NCBI GenBank assembly: GCA_965215705.1
Contig: CBDCEE010000008.1
Span: 226,001 to 290,000 of the forward strand
DNA from: Sulfurovaceae bacterium
GTDB lineage: Bacteria > Campylobacterota > Campylobacteria > Campylobacterales > Sulfurovaceae
Direction of reading: 5' to 3'
DNA: 64,000 nt
Position numbers and translations under genes: made by a program. Shown piece by piece: positions 9,671-17,345 of the stretch. The notes below the pieces were generated by a model. It was not told the origin of the DNA. It made no database searches and worked only from the letters and a program-made list of their open reading frames with translations. The number at the start of each line of letters is the position of its first letter. Position 1 is the stretch's first letter.

Positions 9671-10837
9671 TTAGTTGCTTTCTCTTATTAGTTTATCATA
9701 AAGTCTGGTAAGTTTCTCTTCTTGTGCACCCCAGCTTAACACATAGAGATCTTCCGCATGTATCTTTGGGAGTGTCTCCATCTCTTCAAATGCCTTGATC
9801 GCCTTATAGATACTCTCTGCATCCAGATCGCTGCACTTGCCAAGATCATATCTCTCAACCACCTGCACGATATCAGGAAAATCAGATGCCAGCACAGGGA
9901 TCTCTGCAAAGCAGTACTCAAACAACTTGTTTGGTAGACAATAATAGTCACTCAATGATACATTCTGGATCAAACACAATCCAACATCTGCACTCTTTGC
10001 AATGGATACGACTTTTTCATGTGGTACTGCATCATGCACATAGATATTGGGATATGTTTCACCCAACTTTTTCAGTGCATCACTCAACATCCCATAGCCT
10101 AAAAAGACCAAACTGGATTTTGTATCAGTACGTTTAAATGCCTCTGTGATCAGGTCAATCCCCCGTCCATGCCCTAGGATACCGATATATAGAAATATCT
10201 TAGAATCATCCGGAATAGAAAAATACTCTCTCAAATAGTGCGTATCATACGCCACTGTCTCACTCTCCAATACCGGTGCATTGAGAATGATCTCTGACTG
10301 TTTTTCCCCGATATGCTCCTGATACCACTGCTCAATAGAAGGACTTACCACGATCAATACATCAACGGCTCTCCACAATATTTTCTCAGCAAAGCGTGTA
10401 AGCTTACTCAGTGTTTTGGTTAGCCCGTTTCTATCTGACTCTAACTCGTGGGCATCATAGATGAGTTTGGCTCCTGTAAAGAGTTTTACCATCACACCCA
10501 GGGGCAAGACCAGTGTATCATGGCAGTGGATCACTTTAGGCTTGATTTTAATCGCCTTAAAGAACATCTTAAAGGTAAGTTCAAATAGTGTAAAGATATG
10601 TCTTATCACTTTGGGTAGAGAGGTAAGCTTTCTTGATTGTAATACAATCGAATAGATATGGAGTCTTTTGTTTGCACTGCCTGTATGGCTAGCACCCTCA
10701 TCAAGAGTCACCCCGATCCCACTTACATGAAAGAGATCATTTGAATGTGCGATACTATTCATCTCTTTCAGTATCCTGGAGTCAGAGTTTATATCGGTAT
10801 GTGTTAAGTGTAGAATGTTCATAGTCTCTTTATTCAC
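9671..10837 (-). CDS. Family 4 (GT-B) glycosyltransferase
   Basis: 388 aa. It has a GT1/GT4-like C-terminal half with an E..P.. motif (FEYCFAEIPVLAS). Confidence 0.7.
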   Translation of the reverse strand: MNKETMNILHLTHTDINSDSRILKEMNSIAHSNDLFHVSGIGVTLDEGASHTGSANKRLHIYSIVLQSRKLTSLPKVIRHIFTLFELTFKMFFKAIKIKPKVIHCHDTLVLPLGVMVKLFTGAKLIYDAHELESDRNGLTKTLSKLTRFAEKILWRAVDVLIVVSPSIEQWYQEHIGEKQSEIILNAPVLESETVAYDTHYLREYFSIPDDSKIFLYIGILGHGRGIDLITEAFKRTDTKSSLVFLGYGMLSDALKKLGETYPNIYVHDAVPHEKVVSIAKSADVGLCLIQNVSLSDYYCLPNKLFEYCFAEIPVLASDFPDIVQVVERYDLGKCSDLDAESIYKAIKAFEEMETLPKIHAEDLYVLSWGAQEEKLTRLYDKLIRESN

Positions 10838-10844
10838 CTTTTCT

Positions 10845-11507
10845 TTATATTTTTTTCAGTACATAGTAATTATGATATGGATTGGTATGAAATGTGCCTT
10901 TTTCTACAATAGAAAAATATGTTTGAATAATTTTTTCAATATTTTTACGTTTAGTTCTGTCATCATAATCAATCTCCCAAAAATGACCACTCCCTAAGAT
11001 TGTATTACCTCGTATTTTTATAAAAAGCGGTATAGAAAATACTTTTAACTTTGGTAATCTTAGTTGCATATTGAATCCAAAGAATTTTTTAAACTCTGGT
11101 AAAGTGATGATTACATACTTATTACTCGCAAGGCTTAATTGCTCTACACTTTTTTCAAATAAATCAAACTCAATATGTTCTAAAACTTCCGAACATAGTA
11201 TGACATCAGACTTGGTACTTATGAGTGAGTTTAAGTCTAAAATATTTCCAACTATATCTGGTTGTAAATTTTGATTGATATCAAATGTTACAAAATCAAA
11301 TTTTGCTTTTTTAAAAAAATCTGATACAAACCCATTTCCTTTCCCTACTTCTAGTATTTTTACTTTATTGATGCGTTTTGCATACTTATACAGTAAGCTT
11401 ATCTGTTCACTTAGTGAAAAAAGCTGATATTTATCAAAATAATCTTCGTCAAAATAGGCATTTTGACTTAATTCACTTTCTCTTTTAAATCCTTTGGTAT
11501 TACTCAT
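10845..11507 (-). CDS. Class I SAM-dependent methyltransferase
   Basis: 220 aa. ILEVGKGNGF is the glycine-rich SAM motif I, and VILCSEVLEHI is motif II/III-like. Confidence 0.65.
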   Translation of the reverse strand: MSNTKGFKRESELSQNAYFDEDYFDKYQLFSLSEQISLLYKYAKRINKVKILEVGKGNGFVSDFFKKAKFDFVTFDINQNLQPDIVGNILDLNSLISTKSDVILCSEVLEHIEFDLFEKSVEQLSLASNKYVIITLPEFKKFFGFNMQLRLPKLKVFSIPLFIKIRGNTILGSGHFWEIDYDDRTKRKNIEKIIQTYFSIVEKGTFHTNPYHNYYVLKKI

Positions 11508-11516
11508 CTTTTTCCT

Positions 11517-12770
11517 TTATAAGACTTTTGCAATCTGTGCTGATATATATAAATAGTATATATATATGAAACTAAAAAGTATTGAAATTGTTTTCAATAC
11601 ATCATACGCATTATCATTGATTAAAAAACTACAAAAAATTGATATCGCAAATAATAGCTGCATATATATATTTATTTTTTGTTTTTCCCCGATATAAAGC
11701 ATAAAGCTCAAAGGGCTAGAGATGAATTTTATAAAAAACATTGGTGTTAATATCTGTACATACTCTCCAGCCTGATACCACTCTTGACCAAAGACCGTTA
11801 CAAAAATATCTACAGCAAAGAAATAAAGGATAATAGAGGGGATAAGACTAAGAAAAAACAGCTTTTTAAATGTTTCTTTATATATATGTTTAGCATTTCC
11901 ATATTTTTTAAAACTACGAGAAGCCTCTTCTCTGAATACATCTGATATCGCTGAAGAGATAAATGTAATTGGAAGTCCAAGTATTCTTTGTGTTAAATAA
12001 TAATAACCGGCTATTGTAGCATTAAAGAGTGCATTAAATAAAATAGGAATAACTTGATACGAAAACACATTTAACAAAGATGCCAATACATCAAATTTTG
12101 GAAATTGTATATACCTTTTCGCTACAGAAAGTATGGTTGTTTTTTTGATTTGCTTTAGTTTATTTCTGTCATTCTTCCATACCATTCTCCCAAGTATTGC
12201 AGTAGCAACCCCTTGACCTACTATTCCACTAGTTATGAGTCCACTGCTCCCAAATCCACCAAACCCCATACACAAATTTGTAGATGCGGTTGTTCCACTC
12301 TGTACAACCCTACTTGTTGCCAGCTGTTTATATTGCTTTCCCCTATTCAGCCAATAATTAAAACTCTGATACACCCCTGTCAACAAAACCGTAAACGGCA
12401 CGAAATAGAGCCATTGGGATATCTCAGGATTACCAAGCAATGCTGTGATCTGTGCATTGAAAACAAAAACAATCAACAATACCAACACGCTTACCAAAAA
12501 AGAGGTTGCTACAGAGAGCACCACAATATTAATGGCATCCTCGTCATCCTCGGGAAGCATGACCGCCAATTCATATCGCCCCGTCGCCACTACTGAAAGG
12601 ATCGAAGCCACACTCATGTACAGAGCAAATACCCCAAAATCCTCCGGCGTATAGATCCGTGTCAGTATCGGACTGATGGCGATCGGGATCGCTTGTGCGA
12701 TGGTGGTGCCTGTCATGAGGGTTAGGACATTGCGAGAAAACTCTGACTGTGGTTTGAATCTATCGATCAA
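11517..12770 (-). CDS. Wzx-type (MOP superfamily) oligosaccharide flippase
   Basis: 417 aa and polytopic. The N-terminus [33 protein letters not shown] is typical of O-unit flippases. Confidence 0.7.
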   Translation of the reverse strand: MIDRFKPQSEFSRNVLTLMTGTTIAQAIPIAISPILTRIYTPEDFGVFALYMSVASILSVVATGRYELAVMLPEDDEDAINIVVLSVATSFLVSVLVLLIVFVFNAQITALLGNPEISQWLYFVPFTVLLTGVYQSFNYWLNRGKQYKQLATSRVVQSGTTASTNLCMGFGGFGSSGLITSGIVGQGVATAILGRMVWKNDRNKLKQIKKTTILSVAKRYIQFPKFDVLASLLNVFSYQVIPILFNALFNATIAGYYYLTQRILGLPITFISSAISDVFREEASRSFKKYGNAKHIYKETFKKLFFLSLIPSIILYFFAVDIFVTVFGQEWYQAGEYVQILTPMFFIKFISSPLSFMLYIGEKQKINIYMQLLFAISIFCSFLINDNAYDVLKTISILFSFIYIYYLYISAQIAKVL

Positions 12771-13362
12771 ATCTTGTCACCTTCAGCATATCGCCCACAT
12801 CTTCATATACAGCATATCTATCCTCTGCCTTGCCATCTATAAACTCCAGGGTATCTCCAGAGATCCCAACCCAGCCTATCTGTTTGGCAGGGACACCCAC
12901 AACCAAGGCATGGGGCTTGACATCTCTACTGACTACCGCTCCGCTGCCTATCAGTGCATATGTACCGACCGTCACTCCACAGATGATCGTGGCATTGGCT
13001 CCGATGGTGCAGCCTTGTTTGAGTAGTGTTCTTTTGAACTCTTGCTTTCTAGAGATGAAAGCCCGAGGATTAATCACATTGGTAAAGACCACGGAAGGGC
13101 CCACAAAGACATCATCCTCTATCTCTACGCCTTGATAGATCGAGATATTGTTCTGTATCTTGACACCGTTGCCTATGACCACATCAGGGCCCACCACACA
13201 GTTCTGTCCAAAGGAACATCTCTTACCAATGGTCGTACCCGATAAGATGTGAGAAAAATGCCAGATCTTCGTATCGTCTCCGATCGTTGTACCTTGATCT
13301 ATAATGGCTGTTTCATGACAGTAGTAGTTTTTGGTTTTTGGTTTTTGGTTTTTGGTTTTCAT
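12760..13362 (-). CDS. wbpD: UDP-2-acetamido-3-amino-2,3-dideoxy-glucuronate N-acetyltransferase (WbpD-like) with a repeat-encoded N-terminal extension
   Basis: 200 aa. From [28 protein letters not shown] it is collinear with WbpD as I recall it. Codons 2-12 ([11 protein letters not shown]) come from a 7-nt tandem repeat. The ATG overlaps the stop of the upstream gene (ATGA). Confidence 0.8.
   Translation of the reverse strand: MKTKNQKPKTKNYYCHETAIIDQGTTIGDDTKIWHFSHILSGTTIGKRCSFGQNCVVGPDVVIGNGVKIQNNISIYQGVEIEDDVFVGPSVVFTNVINPRAFISRKQEFKRTLLKQGCTIGANATIICGVTVGTYALIGSGAVVSRDVKPHALVVGVPAKQIGWVGISGDTLEFIDGKAEDRYAVYEDVGDMLKVTRFDR
13327..13359 (-). repeat. Heptamer array a: (CAAAAAC)x4.7 on the coding strand, immediately after the wbpD ATG
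   Basis: The plus strand reads gtttttg gtttttg gtttttg gtttttg gtttt. This is a perfect 7-nt tandem repeat. Confidence 0.95.
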
Positions 13363-13712
13363 ATTGCATTCTTTATCGATGTAATTAATGCATTGAGCAT
13401 TTTTTTGATACTTATGATTTCACTTTTCATTTTTTCCGTACTTGAGATATAACCAACATTTTTAGCAATTAGCAGTTGTGTCTCGAGTTCACATAGTGAG
13501 CCTAAAGAGATATATAGAAACTGAATAAACTCTTTTTTTGAGTTTCTGGAGCTTCCCTCCGCAATATTACTGGGTACTGAAACTGCAGATCTACGAATTT
13601 GGTCAGAGAGGGCATACGTTTCTTCTTTGGGTAACAACTTTACAAGTTGATAAACATTTGTAACTAGTACCATTGACTTTTGCCAAACTTCCAAATTCTC
13701 ATAACCAGTCAT
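13359..13712 (-). CDS. Four-helix-bundle protein of the 23S rRNA intervening-sequence protein / Avd family
   Basis: 117 aa. [11 protein letters not shown]...[12 protein letters not shown]...[16 protein letters not shown] is the characteristic pattern. A GGAGGA RBS lies 8 nt upstream. Confidence 0.8.
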   Translation of the reverse strand: MTGYENLEVWQKSMVLVTNVYQLVKLLPKEETYALSDQIRRSAVSVPSNIAEGSSRNSKKEFIQFLYISLGSLCELETQLLIAKNVGYISSTEKMKSEIISIKKMLNALITSIKNAI

Positions 13713-13725
13713 AAATTTAATCCTC

Positions 13726-13760
13726 CAACCAAAAACGAAAAACCATCAACCAAGAACCAA
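13726..13760 (-). repeat. Heptamer array b: 5 degenerate TTGGTTN units between the wbpB 3' end and the RBS of the four-helix gene
   Basis: The minus strand reads TTGGTTC TTGGTTG ATGGTTT TTCGTTT TTGGTTG and is followed directly by GGAGGA. Confidence 0.9.
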
Positions 13761-14705
13761 TTTACAGAAGGGATGATAATCTCCCTTGAGTCCGATAGGA
13801 TCCAAACCTCTGATGGTTGCAACGGTACGGATAGAACCATATGCCTCATCCAGTCCGAAGCCATTGCCTTTGAGTATCTCTTCGTAGCTTCGTGTATGTA
13901 AGTCTGTAAATCCACCACTAAACTCTATCTCTTCTCCATCCACGGTGATACTTCTATAGGTTCTCTGCCCTGTGGCTTTGACCGCATCAGGGATATAGTC
14001 ATAGTTGACCGAGAGGAACCATCGTACCGTCGCATGCTTGAGCTTGAAGCTCCCTGCACTCACATCAGCTGTTTTCACATGTACCACGCTCTCCTGCACC
14101 TCACCAAAGATCCAGCTGAGCATATCATAAAAATGCACACCGATATTGGATGCCAAGCCGCCTGATTTCTTCTCTTGACCCTTCCAACTCTCAAAATACC
14201 ATTTTCCTCTGCTCGTGAGGTAGGTCAGATCAATCTCATAGGTTTTGTGCGGATTCTTTTCCAGTGCTGCAGATACTTTCTCTTTGAGTGCCATGATAGA
14301 GGGGTGGAGTCTGAGCTGCAAGATATTGTATACGCTTTTGCCCGTCTCATTTTCCAGTACTTTCAAAGCATCGATATCTGCAGGATCCAGTACCAGCGGT
14401 TTTTCACAAATCGCATCTGCCCCATTTTGAAGTGCCAATCGGATATGGCTTTTATGGAGATAGTTCGGGGTAGCGATAGAGATATACTCGATCTTCTCTT
14501 TTTGCGTTCTTTTCCAGTGATCCAGAAAATCCTCAAACCTCTCCAGCTCAGTAAAAAACTCTGCCTGAGGGAAATGGCTATCCATAATACCTATCCCATC
14601 ATAAGGATCCAGTGCAGCAACAAGATCATTGCCTGTGTCTCTGATCGCTTTCATGTGGCGGGGTGCAATGTATCCTGAAGCGCCAATCAATGCAAAGTTT
14701 TTCAT
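13746..14705 (-). CDS. wbpB: UDP-N-acetyl-2-amino-2-deoxy-glucuronate 3-dehydrogenase (WbpB-like, Gfo/Idh/MocA)
   Basis: I moved the start to the internal ATG at 14703-14705 (MKNFALIGASGYIAPRHMKAI...). It is preceded by AAAGGA, and the N-terminus matches WbpB as recalled. The 29-aa upstream extension in the track ORF lies in the heptamer spacer. Confidence 0.8.
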   Translation of the reverse strand: MKNFALIGASGYIAPRHMKAIRDTGNDLVAALDPYDGIGIMDSHFPQAEFFTELERFEDFLDHWKRTQKEKIEYISIATPNYLHKSHIRLALQNGADAICEKPLVLDPADIDALKVLENETGKSVYNILQLRLHPSIMALKEKVSAALEKNPHKTYEIDLTYLTSRGKWYFESWKGQEKKSGGLASNIGVHFYDMLSWIFGEVQESVVHVKTADVSAGSFKLKHATVRWFLSVNYDYIPDAVKATGQRTYRSITVDGEEIEFSGGFTDLHTRSYEEILKGNGFGLDEAYGSIRTVATIRGLDPIGLKGDYHPFCKLVLG

Positions 14706-14716
14706 ATTTATCCTTT

Positions 14717-14751
14717 CAACCAAAAACCAGAGACCAGAGACCAAAAACCAA
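14717..14751 (-). repeat. Heptamer array c: 5 degenerate TTGGTYT units filling the wbpA-wbpB spacer
   Basis: The minus strand reads TTGGTTT TTGGTCT CTGGTCT CTGGTTT TTGGTTG and is followed by AAAGGA and the wbpB ATG. Confidence 0.9.
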
Positions 14752-16035
14752 TTACAGCCTCCATGTAGGCTCTTTAACGATACCTTTGACATCTATGACC
14801 ACAGGGGCACCACGAGAGAGCCCAAGATACTCTGCTTGTATGATCTCTTTAAATCGCTCATGCCCCACGGCAACAATGATCGCATCATAACGATGTGTAC
14901 CATAAGGCAGGGTATCGATAAAGGGAACATCTTTCGATAGCCTGTCACTCTCATCTACCCAATAGTCATAGACCTCAACATCACAGGCAAACTCTTGCAA
15001 CTCTTTGATGATATCAAGTACCTTACTGTTTCGCATATCTGGGCAGTCCTCTTTGAACGTTACGCCTAGTATCAGTACTTTGGCTCCGTTGAGCTTCTTA
15101 TCATTTCTGACCATGTATTTGATCGCTTTGTCGGCGATTAGTTTACTGATGCTGTTATTGATGTTCCTTGCCCCGAGGATGAGATTAGGGGTATATCCCA
15201 ATGCTTGTGCTTTGTGGGTCAGATAGTAGGGGTCAACCCCGATACAGTGTCCTCCAACCAATCCTGGAGTAAAGGGGATAAAATTCCATTTCGTCCCTGC
15301 AGCCTCCAGCACAGCCCTGGTATCTATCCCCATCATATCAAAGATCATTGCCAACTCATTCATCAGTGCGATATTGACATCCCGCTGTGTGTTTTCAATT
15401 ACTTTTGCCGCTTCTGCCACCTTGATACTGGGTGCCAAGTGCGTGCCTGCTGTGATAATATTCTGATAAAGGGCATCTACTTTTTGTGCCGTCTCAGGAG
15501 TAGACCCAGAGGTGATCTTCAAGATTTGGGTTACTGTGTGTTTTTTATCTCCAGGATTGATCCGCTCAGGAGAATACCCACAGAAAAAGTCTTGATTGAA
15601 TTTCAGCCCAGATGCCCTTTCCAGTTCTGGGACGCATATCTCCTCAGTCACCCCGGGATAGACTGTCGACTCGTAGATCACGATATCTTCCCCCTTGAGC
15701 ACACTTCCTACTGCTTGAGACGACTTGGCCAGTGGGGTCAGGTCAGGTTCATTTTCATTGTCTATCGGTGTAGGTACAGTCACTATATAGATATTACATG
15801 CTTTGATATCTTCGATATGCGTGGTAAACACCATCCCATTGGCAAGCATCTCTTTAACCTGTGTTTCGGAAAGCTCTAATGTTCTATCAAACGCACTTTT
15901 CAGCTCGTCCACTCTCTCCTGATTGATATCAAACCCTACTACGTGATACTTCGCGGCAAAGGCATGTGCCAATGGCAAGCCTACATACCCCAATCCTATA
16001 ATGGCTATTCTGTCTTGCATGCATTTTTCTTTCAA
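14752..16035 (-). CDS. wbpA: UDP-N-acetyl-hexosamine 6-dehydrogenase (WbpA/WecC/TviB family)
   Basis: 427 aa. It has the N-terminal Rossmann motif IAIIGLGYVGLP and the catalytic-Cys region GGHCIGVDPYY. An alternative start is at 16020. Confidence 0.7.
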   Translation of the reverse strand: MKEKCMQDRIAIIGLGYVGLPLAHAFAAKYHVVGFDINQERVDELKSAFDRTLELSETQVKEMLANGMVFTTHIEDIKACNIYIVTVPTPIDNENEPDLTPLAKSSQAVGSVLKGEDIVIYESTVYPGVTEEICVPELERASGLKFNQDFFCGYSPERINPGDKKHTVTQILKITSGSTPETAQKVDALYQNIITAGTHLAPSIKVAEAAKVIENTQRDVNIALMNELAMIFDMMGIDTRAVLEAAGTKWNFIPFTPGLVGGHCIGVDPYYLTHKAQALGYTPNLILGARNINNSISKLIADKAIKYMVRNDKKLNGAKVLILGVTFKEDCPDMRNSKVLDIIKELQEFACDVEVYDYWVDESDRLSKDVPFIDTLPYGTHRYDAIIVAVGHERFKEIIQAEYLGLSRGAPVVIDVKGIVKEPTWRL

Positions 16036-16129
16036 AAGAGTTTTTATTATTATACCCTAAAACCCTTACCACAAAATACTCTTATCCTAACCTGCTATAA
16101 TTGCGTCAGTAAAAGTACAAAGGGTTAAC

Positions 16130-16696
16130 ATGGGACTAAAGTCAGATAAATGGATACGTGAAAAATCACTTAACGAGGAGATGATCACTCCTTTTTGTGA
16201 GGGGCTGGTTGGTGAAGGTGTAGTAAGCTATGGATTGAGTTCTTATGGCTACGATATCAGGGTCTCTAATGAGTTTAAGATCTTCACCAACATCAATGCA
16301 GAAGTCGTAGACCCCAAGGATTTCAACCAAAACAATGTGGTGGATTTTAAAGGGGATGTCTGTATCGTTCCTCCCAACTCTTTCGCATTGGCACGCACCA
16401 TAGAATACTTTAAAATGCCCAGTGACACGCTAGCAATCTGTCTAGGCAAGAGTACCTATGCTAGGTGTGGCATTATCGTCAATGTTACTCCATTTGAGCC
16501 AGGATTTGAGGGGCATATCACCATAGAGATATCCAATACTACCCCTCTTCCCGCCAAGATCTATGCTAATGAAGGGATCGCGCAAGTACTTTTCCTTCAA
16601 GGGGATGAACCGTGCGAGACCACCTACTCGGACAGAAAAGGAAAGTATCAAAGCCAGACAGGGATCACCCTCCCACGTATATTGAAAAAAAGTTAA
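16130..16696 (+). CDS. dcd: dCTP deaminase
   Basis: 188 aa. The conserved [16 protein letters not shown] and [14 protein letters not shown] pattern is present. Confidence 0.9.
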   Translation: MGLKSDKWIREKSLNEEMITPFCEGLVGEGVVSYGLSSYGYDIRVSNEFKIFTNINAEVVDPKDFNQNNVVDFKGDVCIVPPNSFALARTIEYFKMPSDTLAICLGKSTYARCGIIVNVTPFEPGFEGHITIEISNTTPLPAKIYANEGIAQVLFLQGDEPCETTYSDRKGKYQSQTGITLPRILKKS

Positions 16697-16762
16697 GCGC
16701 TGTTATATCATCATTAATGATATTTGACTACAATTATAGATATATAAACACAAGGAGAATGA

Positions 16763-17224
16763 ATGGGATTTTTTGATTTTGTCAAAAATGCTGGTAAAAA
16801 ACTACTAGGTAAAGGGGATGACAATGCTGCCATCCAAAAAGAGATAGAAGAGAGCTTTGAAGAGGTGCCTGTACAGGGTCTCGTCGTAGAGGTAGACGGG
16901 CATAAGGTCACACTAGCTGGCGTTGCCAGTTGTAATGATACACGAGAGAAGTGTATCCTCATTGCGGGTAATGTTGAAGGTGTTGAGGCAGTCAGTGCAG
17001 ACCAACTTGTCTCCGTGGAGCAGATCAGCGAAGAAAATACCAGAGAGCTTCCTGAGCCTACCTTTTACACGATCAAAAAAGGCGATACACTCTGGAGGAT
17101 TGCCAGCCATTTCTACAAAGATGGTAGCAAGTACCCTATCATTGTAGAAGCCAATATCGAGGTTATCAAAGATCCAGACCTTATCTACCCAGGTCAAGCG
17201 ATCAGGATCCCTGACATCGCATAA
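16763..17224 (+). CDS. BON-LysM domain protein (Kbp/YgaU-like)
   Basis: 153 aa. MGFFDFVKNAGKKL..., a BON segment and the C-terminal LysM YTIKKGDTLWRIA...IYPGQAIRIP are collinear with E. coli Kbp as recalled. Confidence 0.75.
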   Translation: MGFFDFVKNAGKKLLGKGDDNAAIQKEIEESFEEVPVQGLVVEVDGHKVTLAGVASCNDTREKCILIAGNVEGVEAVSADQLVSVEQISEENTRELPEPTFYTIKKGDTLWRIASHFYKDGSKYPIIVEANIEVIKDPDLIYPGQAIRIPDIA

Positions 17225-17230
17225 GTATCT

Positions 17231-17249
17231 GTGGCAGTTGCACTGCCAC
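17231..17249 (+). terminator. Possible hairpin terminator after the BON-LysM gene
   Basis: GTGGCAG-ttgca-CTGCCAC forms a 7-bp stem. No clear T-run follows. Confidence 0.3.
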
Positions 17250-17345
17250 ACCCACACAATTCTCTCCCTCTTCACCCTGAACTATTCGCTTTTTCAAGCA
17301 TTTCTGCTACAATACCAAAAATTTATAGTTATAAAGTAAGCAATC

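Noticed and set aside
13359-13712. The four-helix-bundle gene could be the Avd component of a diversity-generating retroelement.
   Set aside because: No reverse transcriptase and no template/variable repeat pair is visible anywhere in the window. The gene is translationally coupled inside a sugar operon instead.
14706-14792. The N-terminal 29-aa extension of the WbpB-like ORF (MSKVSLKSLHGGCNWFLVSGLWFLVERIN).
   Set aside because: The extension is encoded by the heptamer spacer and overlaps the wbpA 3' end. The internal ATG at 14705 has an RBS and matches the family N-terminus.
15205-15879. Long antisense ORFs: this 224-aa one, and also 23464..24246, 29730..30344, 56395..57009, 62124..62651 and 63538..63963.
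   Set aside because: Each is a shadow ORF opposite a well-supported gene (wbpA-like, adhesin, A2M, pseudouridine synthase, glmM). Their composition is low-complexity or Cys/His-rich, typical of antisense frames.
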